A DNA stretch of 64,000 nt, taken from assembly GCA_965240325.2 (NCBI GenBank), contig OZ251236.1:124001-188000 (forward strand), in the 5' to 3' direction. A model generated the notes under the pieces. The model saw only the letters and a list, made by a program, of their open reading frames with translations, was not told the origin of the DNA and made no database searches. This document shows positions 47,955 to 59,329 of the stretch, in pieces; positions within the stretch are counted from its first letter, which is position 1, and each line of letters starts with the position of its first letter. The position numbers and the translations under genes are program-made. The stretch is from Rebecca billardiae RCC1528 (taxonomy: Eukaryota > Protista > Haptophyta).

Positions 47955-50900
47955 ATGGAGGACGACGCGGCGGACCGGCGCGGCTCGGGGTGGTTCGGCC
48001 GGCTCTCGGCGAGCCCGCTGGTGGGCAACGCGCGCGAGCTCGTGAGCACCGTCACGGCCAGCGCGAGCCACCTCGCGCGCGAGGCGCTCGCCGACGCGCT
48101 CGCGGAGGAGGACGAGGAGGGCGGCGCGATCGGCCGCGGCGCCGGCGCGCCGCAGACGGCGGAGGAGGTGGCCGTCGCCGCGGTCGCCGAGGCGGCGTCG
48201 CTCAAAGCGCAGCTGTACGCCATCGACGAGCAGCGCCAGACCGCCTTCGACGCGCAGCAGCGCCTGCTCGCCTCCGTGGAGCACGAGTTGGTCGACCGCG
48301 TCGGCGCGGACGCGCACGAGGACGTGCGCGCGTCGCTGGACAGCTGGGACGCGCTCGGCGTGGCGGGCACGCCGGTGCGTGGAGCGGAGGATGGCGACGG
48401 CGCCGCCGCGCGCCACGCCGGCGCGATCGCCGACGGCACCGCGCCCAACGGCAGCGCGCACGAGGCACTGGCCGAGGTGAGCCAAGCTGCGCCGCTGCGG
48501 CTGCCGCTGCCGCGCGCGCGCGCGCGCCGCGCGCCGCGCCGCCGCGTGCGCTGACGCGTGCCTGCCCGCGCGCGCGCCGCGCCGCCGCCACGCCTCGCGC
48601 GCAGGAGCTGCACGACGCGAGCGCCCGCCGCGAGGAGGCCGAGGCCGCGGCGCGCGCGGCCGCGGCCGAGGCGGCCGCACTGCGGGATGAGGTGGCGGCG
48701 TCGCGCGCGGCGACGGAGGCGGCGCAGGCGGCGGCGGCGCGCTCGGAGGAGGCGCGCGCGCAGGCGGAGGCGCGCGCGGAGGCCGAGGCGAGCCGCGCGC
48801 GCGCCGCCGCGCGCGTCGCCGCCGCGCGCGTCGCCGCCGCCGCGGCGTCGCCGCCGCCGCAGGGCGGCGGCGCGGCGGCGGCGGCGGGCGGCGGTGCCGC
48901 AGCGGCTGAGGCGGCCGCCACCGCGACGGCGGAGGCGGCGGAGGCAGCGGCGCGCGCGGAGCGCGCCGAGGCGGAGGCGGCCGAGCTCGCGCGCTCGGTC
49001 GAGGCCCTCCGCGCCGAGCTCAGCGCGGCGCGCGCCGAGCCGCGCGCCGCGTCGCCGCGCGCCGAGATCGCATCTCCCCAGATTGCGCCCGAGATCGCGG
49101 CGGTGAGCTTCGGCTCGCCGGAGGGCGCGCGCGGCGGCTTCGGCGCGCCGCGCACGCCGGCGGGCGCGAGCGTGGGGCTGGGCACGCCCTCCTCCGTCTC
49201 CGCCGCCGACGACGCGCTGCTCTCCCGCATCGAGGAGCTTCTGGCCGAGCGGCAGAAGCTGCATGCGAGCGCCGCGCATGAGCGCGCGGAGCTGGTCGCG
49301 GCGTGCGAGGCGCGGGTGGAGGCGGCGGGCGCGGCGGAGGCGGCGGCGCGCGAGGAGGCGGCGGAGGCGGTGCGCGAGGCGCGCCGCCGCGAGGCCGCCG
49401 CCGAGGCCGAGGCGGCCGCGCTCAAGCAGCAGCTCGCCGAGGCCGAGGCGGCCGCGGCCGCGGCGGCGGAGCGCGCGGCCGCGGCCGAGGCGGCCGCGGC
49501 CGCGGCGCGCGCCGACGCGGTGCGCGAGCGCGAGGCGGCGTCGTCTGTCGAGGCCGAGCGCGCCGACGCCGCGCTCGAGGCCGCGCGCGCCGACGCCGCC
49601 GCCGCCGCCGCCGAGCGCGACGAGGCGAGGGCGGCGGCGGAGGCGCAGGCGGCGCGCGCCGCCGAGCTCCAAGCCGCGGTGGAGCGCGCGCGCGCCGAAG
49701 CGGCCGAGGCGGCGTCTGCGCTGGAGGGCGCGCGTGCGGAGGCGCGCGCGGCGCACGAGGCGTGCGACGGGCTGCGCGCCGAGCTGCGCGCCGCCGAGGA
49801 GACCGCCGCCGCCGAGTGGGCGCGCGCGGACGTGGCGGCCGAGGCCGCGCGCGAGGAGATGTCTCGCGCGCGCGCGGACGGCGCGGAGGCGGCGGCGGCG
49901 CTGGCGGGCGCGCGGGCGGAGGCGGCGGAGGCGCGCGCGCGCGCGGAGGCGCTCGCGGAGGCGAGCGCGACGGCGGAGGCGAGCGCGCGCGCCGAGCTCG
50001 CCGCGGCGGCCGAGGCTTCCGAGGGCGCGGCGCGCGCGGCGGCGGCCGAGGCGCGCGCGGAGGCGGAGGCGGCGGTGGCCGCCGCGCGCGCCTCCGCTGC
50101 TGACGCGATGGCCGCGGCGCGCGCGGAGGGCTCGGCGGCGCGCGAGGCGTTGGAGCAGGCGCGCGCCGAGCTCGGCGGCGCGGCGGCGCGCGCCGACGAG
50201 CTCGCGCGCGCCAAGGCCGCCGCGGAGGCCACGGCGCGCGAGACGGCGCGCGCGCTCGACGCCGCGCGCGCCGGCGCGGACGCGGCCGGCCGCGCGCTCG
50301 AAGGTGCACAGGCAGAGGCGGCGCGCGCGGGGTCGGAGGCGGGGGCGCGCGCGCGCGCGCTCGAGGCGCGCGTGGCTGAACTCGAGGCCGCGCTCGGCGC
50401 GGCGCGCGCCGACGCCGCGCGCGGCGCGGGCGAGGCGGGCTCGGCGCTCGCCGACGCGCGCGCCGACGCGGACGCGGCGCGCGCCGACGCGGCGCGCGCG
50501 GCCGACGGCGCGCGCGAGCGCGAGGCGGCGTTGCAAGAGGTGCTGCAGGAGGCGCGGCGCGCGCTGGAGGGCCGAGAGGCCGAGCTGGGCGAGGCGCGGC
50601 GCGAGGCGGCGGCCGCCGCCGAGGCGGCCGCTGCGGCCGACGCCGCCCGCACCGAGGCGGAGGCGGCGGCGGCGGAGGCGGCGGCAGAGGCGGCGGCGGC
50701 GGCGGAGTCGATTTCGATCCAGCTCGCCGCGGCGCGCGCCGACGCCGCCGCCGCCGCCTCGGCCGCCGAGGCGGCCGAGGCGTCGCGGGCGGAGGCGGCG
50801 GAGGCGTCCGCCGCGGCGTCCGCCGAGCGCGACGCCGCGCTGGCCGCCGCCGCCGCCGCCGCCGCTGAGCTCGCCGACGCGCGCCGAGCGCATGCGGGCG

Positions 50901-53014
50901 CCGTCGACTCGACCGCCGCCAAGCTCGCGGCCGCGGCGCGCGACGGCGCGGCCTCGGCCGCGCGCGCCGACGCGGCGGAGGCGGCGTTGGAGGCGGCGCG
51001 GCGCGAGACGGCGGAGGAGGGCGACGCCGCGCTGGCGGACGCGCGCGCCGCCGCGCACGCCGCGCGCGCCGAGGCCGACGCAGCGAGCGCGGCGCTGAGC
51101 GAGGCACGCACAGACGCGGAGGCGGCGCGGCGCGCGGCCGACGCGGCCGCCGCCGAGCTCGCCGCCGCGCGCGCCGCCGCGGCCGAGGCGGCGGAGGCGG
51201 CGGCCGCCGCGCTGGCGGACGCGCACGCGGCGGCGGCGGATGCGACGGCCGCGCTCGCCGAGACGCGCCAGGCCGCGGCCGAGGCGGCCGAGGCGCACGC
51301 CGCGCAGCTCGGCGCGGCGCGCGCCGACGCGGACGGCGCGCGAGAGGCGCACGCTGCCGCGGCGCGCGACGCGGCGGCCGCGGCCGAGGCGGCCGCGGCC
51401 GCGAGCGCGCAGCTCGCCGCCGCCGCCGCCGCCGCCGCGCGCTCGGCGGAGGATGGCGAAGAGGCGGAGGCGGGCGTCGGCGCGGCGGCCGAAGACGCGC
51501 CCGCCGCGATCGCTCGGCTCGGCGCCGAGCTCGCGCGCGCGCGCGCCGCGGCAGCCGCCGCGTCGGCCGCAGCCGAGGGCACGGGCGCGCGCGCGGTGGC
51601 GTTGGCGGAACAACTCGCGAGCGCGCGCGCCGCGGCGGAGGAGGCGGAGGCGCGCGCGGGCGCGGCGGAGGGCGAGGCGGCGCGCGCGTCGCGCGAGCTC
51701 TCCGCGCTGCGCGCGCGCGCCCTCGAGACCGAGGCGGCGATGGAGGCGCTCGACGCCGAGCTCGGCGCGGCCGCGGACGCGCGGCGCGGCGCGGAGGCGC
51801 AAGCGGAGTCGGCGCGCGGCGAGGCGTCGGCCGCGCGCGCGGAGGCTTCGGCGGCGCGCGCGGAGGCGGCGGAGGCGGCGGAGCGCGCGCGCGGCGCGGG
51901 CGGCGAGGCGGCCGAGCTGCGCGCCGCCGCCGCCGCGCACGCCTCCGCGCTCGACGCGATGGCCGAGGCGATGGAGGCGGCGCGCGCCGACGCGGCGGCG
52001 GCGGCGCGCGCCGCGCATGCCGACGCGGCCGCGGCCGCGCGCTCGCTCGGCGCCGCGCTCGCCGACGCGGACGGCGAGCTGGGCGCGGCGGCGGCGGCGG
52101 CGGCGCGCGAGGCGGCGGCGGCGGCGCACGCGAGCGCCGCCGCGCACGCCGCCGCCGCCGACGCCGCCGCCTCCGCCGCCGAGTCCGCAGAGCTGCACAC
52201 CGCACTCGCCTCCTCGCGCGCGGTCGTCGAGAGTGGTGGCGCGGACGCGGACATCAACAAGCGACTCGTGGCCGAGCTGCTGATTCGGCACCGCGCGGCC
52301 GAGCTGGGCGAGCCTGGCGCGGAGGCGCCGGGCGAGCAGGCGCTGTGCGTGCTCGCGTCCATGCTCAACTGCGACCCGGAGCAGCGCCGGCTCCTCGGCC
52401 TGGACGCGCGGCGCGGCGGCGGCGGCTGGCTCGGCAGCCTGCTCCGCGGCGGCGGCGGCGGCGGCGGCGGCGGCTCGGCGCGCGCCGCGGACGCGGAGGC
52501 GGTGTCGGCGGGCGCAAAGTCCATCGCGGACGCGTGGGTGGAGTACCTGGTCTCGGAGGCGGACGCGGACGAGGCGCGAGCAAAGGCCGAGGCGGCCGAG
52601 CGCGCCGCCGCCGCCGCGCGCGCCGCGCGCGCCGCCGGGCTCACGACCCCCAAGGCATCGCCGCCGCTCTCGGCCGCGCGCGGCGGCGGCGGCGGCGGCG
52701 GCGCGCCGCGCATGCCGGCTCTCGAGTTGGGCGGCGCGGCGGCGGGCGCGCCGCTTGCCGCGGCGGAGGCGGCGCGGCCGAGCGCCGACGCCGCCGCGCC
52801 GTCGGCGGGTGGCGGCGGCGCCGAGGCAGCCTCCACGGCACAGGCTGCGCCTGCGGCCGACGTCGTCGCACCCGCGGGCGACGCCATCGATGCATCTGCG
52901 GCCGCACCGGGACCGGCGGCGGCGGGCGGCGCGGACTCCTCCGAGTCCGAGCATGCGCCGGCGACGGCCGTGGCGCCGCATGACGACGCGCCCTCGGGCG
53001 CCGCGTCCGGCTAG
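47955..53014 (+). CDS. Golgin, GMAP-210/RUD3-like (very Ala-rich coiled coil plus GRAB/GA1-like C-terminus); intron 48477-48604
   Basis: N-terminal GWFG amphipathic motif; long coiled coil; DINKRLV.ELL...L.VLASML....EQR..LGL..GGGW, then SIADAWVEYL. Confidence 0.75.
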
Positions 53015-54668
53015 CTGCCAATGCCGCGCACGCGGTCGTGTATACTGCTGAGTGGACGCCGTGCGGACCGTACGTCGGGACGGCGGATGCATCAGCCTCG
53101 CAGCCTCAGGGTCTGCCTGGGAGCCTGATGAGAGTCTGCGGCTGCCGTCTCCGTCGCATCAACTCGCATCTGGACGTCGATCGAGCCGTCGTCGGAAGCA
53201 TCGTCGGTATCATCGTCAGCAGCAGCTGATGATATATTATTATTCATGATGACGATGAATCCTCGCGCGCGCGCGCGCAGCGCTGTTAAAGCGCGCCGCG
53301 CGCGCGTTCGGCCCCGGCGGGCCCGTCATGGCATACGCCGCGTCGTAATATATAATTATATATAATATGACCGCGTTCCGCGGTCCTTCCGTAGAACCAA
53401 CGCAGTTAGGGGCCCGCGGTGTACCCTCCGTCGGCTGCTGTCAGTCTGACATGCGTAACAGTCGCCTGAGCTGCCACCGCCAACTCAGTTGCCGCCCACC
53501 GGGCCGGCGGGCCGAGTCACTGTCGCCGACGCCGACGCGCCGCCCGGGCCGCGCGGGGAAGCGGCCGCCGTGGCGCGGGCCGGCGCGTGCGCGCGTGCGG
53601 GCGCACCTGCTTGAGGTGCTCGCGCTGCGCCATGCGCTCGACGACGGGCCGCTGGTCGCTCAGCCGGCTCGCCTCGTGCCGGCAGAGCGAGAGCGCGCGC
53701 CACGCGGCTGCCCCGGCCTGCCGCTGCGCAGCCGCGCACCGAGACCGAGCGGGAGCTCGGGGTGGAACGAGGCGAGCGGGGCGTCGCGCCTGCCGCCGCG
53801 CGTGCGCGCCTGCTCCACCGCGCCGCCGTGCTCGCCCGCCGCCTCCTCCGCCGCGTCGGCGGCCTCGAAGACGGCGGCGGCCAGCCAGCGGCAGGCAGTC
53901 GGAGCCCGTGCGCGCTCAACCGGCGCCGATCGCCTCGACGGCCGTCTACTCCACAGCTGGCTGCTCGAGCTGCTGCACGGGGCGTCGCGACGAGGGCGCC
54001 GCGCGCGCCCAGCGCGTCCGTCGCCGCGTCGCGCCGCGCGTCGAGCTCGGCGCCGCGCTTCGCCAGCTCGGCGCACAGCGCCTCCGCGCACACGTGCTGG
54101 CATGCAGCACGGCCTCTCTAGTCTCTGGCATCGGTGTCGCCGTCGACCGAGTTGAGGAGGAGCTCGCGCTCGGCGTCGAGGAGCGAGCTCGCGTGCTCGA
54201 GCTCGCCCTTCAGCTGCGCGAACTCCGGGCGCATCCGGCTCATCTCCGCTGCGTGGCTCCGGGCGCGCTCCGATCCTCAAGGCGTCGCCAACGAGCTCGT
54301 GAGCGTGCTCCGGACTCGGCTCGCCCTTGCGCGCTCCTCCTCGAGCGACGAACGCGCCCGCGGGCAGGCTGTTGACCGCCGCCTCCGCCGCGATCTCGCC
54401 GCCCCCGCCGCGATCTCGTCGCGCATGCTTTGCAGCGGGGCGCTGTGTGCGCGCCGTCGGCACGGCCTGGCGAGACTCTGAGGCGAGACCGCGGACCGAG
54501 ACGCGCGCGACGCCTCGGGGAGAGCCGTCGGAGCGGAGCGCGAGGGCGAGAGCAGAGCGCGAGGGGGAGACCAGCGGCCGGCCGGCTCCCGCCACCGCGC
54601 GCGCACCGCGGCGTACGCGGCGCCGACACGCACGTCCCCGGCCAGGGCGCCGCAGCGACGAACGCGAA

Positions 54669-57070
54669 GTAGGGGGTCCATCAGATTAAATTGCTTTTTG
54701 ATTTCTTTTCTTTTCCTTTTCAGAACTTGTTCGGCGTGTTTTCGCGATCGGCAGATTCCAAATCCGCGCTCGGCTGGCCCCGGCGCGGGAGCGGAGCTCT
54801 GAACGGGGTCGGCGAGGCTGATGGCCCTCGTCGACGGCCGTCCGCTCGCCGTTGGGCGCGCCCACCTCGGCGCAGGCGCCTCGCCGAGCGGCTGGGCGGC
54901 TGCGGACAGGTAGCCATGCTTCGTGTGGACCGGGCTCTCGCTGGGAGTCGCTGGCCAGTCGACGCTCGTGCTTCATGATTTGAATCTGCGTGCTCAACGT
55001 GTGCTGCCCGCGACCAAGGAGCGCGTCCTAGGAGCACGTGCAGGCGAGCAACGCGGAGACGAACATGCGCAACGCGGTGGGATAGGCATCGGCAACGACT
55101 CGACGCTGTCTCCTTCCCCACCCGACGCTGCCTTCTCGCCCTCGGACGTGCCCGCGACGTCTCTGCCGCAAGGGCCAGCTACCGCCGACCAACTTGCGGA
55201 CCGCTGTGCCGGGCATGACGAGGTCCAGGGCGCGGCAGATGATGATGCACGCGTGCCCATGGATGTGTGCGACCCGCCCGAGGTCCCCGCTGGCACCGCC
55301 GAGGGGCTCGCCTCCTCCGCGGACGGCCTCGGCTGTGTGCAACCGTGCAGGCCCGAGCTACGGCCTGACGTCAACGTCAGCGCGCAGCAGCTCGAGGAGA
55401 CGGCGGTGGCGGCGCGCGCCATCCACGTGCTGCAGCCCTTGGCCGGTCGGCCCGTGGCCGGCTTTCGCCCGCGGTACGCATCGGTGCTCAACTTCATGCT
55501 CCTCGACCTCCTCCGCACGCTCGTGGACCTCATGCTCGAGAACTTGAAGAAGCACAAGCCGTTGGTCAGAGTGTTCACCCCGGCGTGCGCCCAGACCGCG
55601 CGCGACGGTGGGACGAAGAAGCCCAATGCGCTCGCGCTCGTCTGCGCGGATGCGCTCGGCATCTCGGCGCGCCACGACTCGCCGCTGCTGGAGGTGATCG
55701 GCATCTGGCTGATGACCGTGCACAGGTGGTGGAAGGGCAAGAACAAGGACATGGAGCGCATCCTGAGCCGGAAGCAGGGCGCGTCGGCGGCGGAGAGGAA
55801 GGCGGAGCTGGATGCCGACGACACGTCGCTGGGCGCCGGCGACGACAGCTGCCCCTTCCGCGACCTCTACTCGCCCCCCGACGCCGGCGCGCCGCGCGCG
55901 TCCGCAGCAGGCCGCGTGCAGGTGCCGCTGCACGAGCAGCGCGTGACTCCTGCTGAGCACGCGGTCATCTTGGAGCAGCAGGTGCGCCTGACGGAGCAGC
56001 AGGTGGAGCTGGACTCGTCGCGCAAGGCGACCGCGCGCGCCGTCGCCGACGCTGCGCGCGCCAGCTTGCGCGCCGACGCAACCGAGCGCAGCGCGCGGGG
56101 GGGCACAGATCGCGCTGCGGCCGAGCGGGCTGCCATGGCTGCCGACTGCGTCCAGTTCGAGCGCGAGAGGAGAGCGGCGGAGCTCGAGGGCGAGCGCGCG
56201 GCGAAGCGCGCGCAGTCCGCCGCAGTACCGGTGGACCGGTGACGGCCTCGCGTGGGCTGGGGTACGACGAACGGCGACGACGCCGGTGACACAGAGCACG
56301 GGCACGGAAGTCGCCGAACGGCCGCGGCAAGCTCTGCGGCGGCGATGACTGCTAGTCTGCGCACGCAAGCGTCGATGGCGGAGGACTCCTTCACGACTAT
56401 GGGGATGGTGGCATGCTCAGAGGTGCGCTTGGTAGTGTGCTTCGGCTTGCAGCCCGCCGCCCGCATCAGGTCCGTCCGGGCCTGCTGCGGGACGGTTTGA
56501 CGGTGGCATGAGCCCGCCGTCACTCCGCGCGGCGGCGCGGCCTATTCGGATGACCCAGTGTCACGAATAGTGAACAAGGTACCCCCATATTGACACCACC
56601 CTGAATATATATTTAAAACCCACCCGCATTGTATAATAAACGGGTGGGTGAGTGCATATATACGGGTACATGTCTCTAATTAAGTGGGTAACATGCTCGA
56701 TCTTGGAGTAGTTTTTCACCGACCTCTACGCGCACTCATCGTGCCTACTAAAATTTAGCAAGTCCACCTTAATTTTGTTGGGGCGGGTTGCAACGGTTAT
56801 GAATAAGTAAGTCCGACGACATACCGTCATTTAGCCGCCATAACAAGTCGTTGACGTTTGGCTGAATCTGTATGTGACACAGTGGCGCAGCTGGCGTGCG
56901 CGCACGACCGCGCGACGACGCGCGGAGTCGGTTTTGGGTGCTTCTGACGGCTGGGCTGGGTTCCAGGACATATTTGTGGGTGCCTCCGCAAGCGCCACGC
57001 TCGTCAGACACCTAAATCGCATGGTTGTCGAAAATCACAATTCAGTGGGCTGCTGTCATGGACCCCCTAC
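54669..57070 (+). mobile_element. Nested TIR element
   Basis: Perfect 13-bp IR GTAGGGGGTCCAT (54669-54681 and 57058-57070) flanked by GCGAA on both sides. Confidence 0.6.
55259..56242 (+). CDS. Unknown ORF inside the nested TIR element (globular segment plus coiled coil); start uncertain
   Basis: Part of the 439-codon open frame 54923-56242; no catalytic motif recognised. Confidence 0.45.
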   Translation: MDVCDPPEVPAGTAEGLASSADGLGCVQPCRPELRPDVNVSAQQLEETAVAARAIHVLQPLAGRPVAGFRPRYASVLNFMLLDLLRTLVDLMLENLKKHKPLVRVFTPACAQTARDGGTKKPNALALVCADALGISARHDSPLLEVIGIWLMTVHRWWKGKNKDMERILSRKQGASAAERKAELDADDTSLGAGDDSCPFRDLYSPPDAGAPRASAAGRVQVPLHEQRVTPAEHAVILEQQVRLTEQQVELDSSRKATARAVADAARASLRADATERSARGGTDRAAAERAAMAADCVQFERERRAAELEGERAAKRAQSAAVPVDR

Positions 57071-57389
57071 GCGAACGAGCGAGCGAGCAGCCGTGGGGAC
57101 TCGCTCGCTACTCGCTAGACGCTCGGGCAAAGACCCTCCGTGCTCGTTCGAATAAATATACGGGGCCGCGCGCGCGCCTGGCGGCTCCTGTTTAGTGAAT
57201 AAGTAGCAAAACTTGATCACTTCCAAGTGCCCGTAGTGTGTGGCCTATGTTTCCAGCACCAAGTGATGCATCGGTAAATAACAGCGCGCCGCGCGCGCAC
57301 GCAGTACGCCGACATGCAGTAGTTGAGGAGGACCCTGACCATGCACATCAACATGCACTTTCAAAAGGTTGCGCTTAGGCCCGGTTTGT

Positions 57390-57603
57390 AGGCGGGTAAC
57401 TTGTTACGTTTTAACAAGCCGCCATAGGCGCCATTCAAAGAATCTCGTTTCACATTAGTGCACAGGCGGTTCATCCATCGAGGCAGGCGGGTAATGTGGT
57501 TGAACAAGCGCTATTCAAAAGGATCTCTTTTAATATTATAAGGCGGTTCATCCATCGAGACAGGCGGGTAGCTGTTTAAACAAAGCGCTATTCAGAAGCA
57601 TCT
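57390..57603 (+). repeat. Degenerate tandem repeat, unit about 77 bp, about 2.7 copies
   Basis: AGGCGGTTCATCCATCGAG.CAGGCGGGTA...AACAA.GCGCTATTCA repeated. Confidence 0.8.
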
Positions 57604-57989
57604 GGCCTCATAGCTGTTTTCGACCCAAAACAATCAAACGTCGCTCGGCAAACTCGTACTCCAGCATACAAGAATGACAAAAATACTCACTTGTTTCACC
57701 CCCGGGGTATCTGATCCCACGTCCGTCCATCGACTTATGCGGAATGGCGTGGGCGCGCTTATTTCGTCAAGCGCGTAGTTGCTAATGCAGCAGAGCACTA
57801 TGGGCCAACGTACCCCTCGAAAAAGCGAAAACTCACCCTCCAACACCCCTCAAAATCGTCCCCCGTCCCCTTTTCTTTGATCAAAAGATCTTTTTGACAA
57901 CGTAGTGAGGGCCCCCGGCGGGGCTCCACGCTACGCGCTCCGCCCTACACCGCGGGCCATATAATTATATTGCGCAGCGCGCAGCAAGC

Positions 57990-59107
57990 TCAAGGCTCAT
58001 CAATAATAAGCCGCCAGTCGGCGTACGCCTCGCCGGGCGGCACGGTCGGCGAGCAGCCACGCAGCCGCATCCGGCCGAAGACGAGCGGCAGCGCGCGCAC
58101 ACCGTTCACGCTCGCGCACAGCAAGCGCGCCACCATCTCATACTCATGCGTCAACCGGCGAGCAAGCGCGCGCACCAGCCTCGGCTCCGGCAGGTAGTCG
58201 AGGGGCGGGTGGGTAGAGCCGTGCGAAATGTGCGGCGCGGGCCCAAGCTGGGAGAGGTCGTCGCTCCCGCGCGAGGGGGGCAGCCGCCCACCGGCGCGCG
58301 ACCACGCCACCAGCTCGCGCAGGTCCTCGTCAATCGACGGCAGCCGCACAACGAAGACATCCGTGCGGCTGCGATTGAGCATCGCCGCCTGCACGGCTGG
58401 CTCGCCCACGTACCACATGTACCCGAACTGGATGTGGTTGAGGCCGAAGTCGCGCGCGGGCTCGAGCGCGTGCTCGGCAAGCAGCCGGCAGGAGAGTCGC
58501 TCACCGCGGGGCGCGTCTGTGTGCTCGAGCGCGCCGTGCTCGCAGCTCGCTCCGGCCGCGAGTGATCCGCAATCACGTGCCTCACTCGCATTGACATCGT
58601 CGTCCACATCAGCGAGCGCGCGCGCGAGCTGCGTCGCGTTCTCGAAGCAGCCGAGGAGCGGCCGGGCATACGCCGGGTCGATGTGCTTGAGGCCGCGTGC
58701 AATGGCGTCCTCCCTCTGCCGTCGCAAGTGCCCGAACGCCGACACGAGCCGATCGACCGGGTCGCGGAGCGGGAAGACAACCCCGCCTCCGGCCGCCGCG
58801 CGAACGTCTGCCAGCTGCACGGCGGTTCGGTGGCGCTCGCAGTGCGCAATATCCTGATCGAGCATGAACCTGCGCACGCTCGACCCGCCGGCTGACGGTG
58901 GCATCGGGCATGCGGTCGCGCACGTGCGGGTGCGGCTGAATCGGTGCGGGCGCGTGGGTGGCGGCATGCGCGGGGCGCGCGCGCCGGGTGCGGCGACGCA
59001 CCCTTGCCCACGTGAACGAAGAGTACGCTATGCTCCGCTGGTCCGAAGCAATGGTTGCCCCCGCGCACGAGCACGAGGCTGACGAGGAGAGCCCCGATGC
59101 TCCACAT
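57990..59107 (-). CDS. Sulfotransferase family 2-like protein; intron 58892-59001
   Basis: Signal peptide; spliced 5'-PSB motif FVHVGKAGGSSV; 3'-PB motif LRDPVDRLVSAF. Confidence 0.8.
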
Positions 59108-59329
59108 CGTCACCGATCACGATGGCTACTTTTCCGGGCGGGAGGGGCTACCGGCAGCCGAACTAATTAAGACTGTGGCGGTACAGGTCGCTGCTTCGTT
59201 TTTCGGACGTATACTGCTTCGTTTTTCGGACCCGGGCGATGGCGATGAGTGGCTCGCTCATCGGCGGGTGCGTGGGGGCGCGCCGCGGCAGGGCTGAGCA
59301 GCCTGTCGGCGCGTGGGGTGACGTGCCCG

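Larger units (their letters stand above)
53362..57958 (-). mobile_element. Unclassified non-autonomous element with asymmetric inverted repeats and a terminal hairpin
   Basis: 13-bp IR GGCCCGCGGTGTA (53411-53423, subterminal; 57946-57958, terminal); hairpin GACCGCG-TTC-CGCGGTC at 53369-53385; ATATAATTATAT on both flanks. Confidence 0.55.

Noticed and set aside
47726-53092. 1788-aa and 1561-aa minus-strand ORFs, and many similar overlapping Ala/Arg ORFs across the window
   Set aside because: Shadow ORFs caused by stop-codon scarcity in very GC-rich DNA; the recognisable domains are on the opposite strand
57390-57603. CRISPR-like array
   Set aside because: The units are degenerate tandem copies without unique spacers; no cas genes; eukaryotic context
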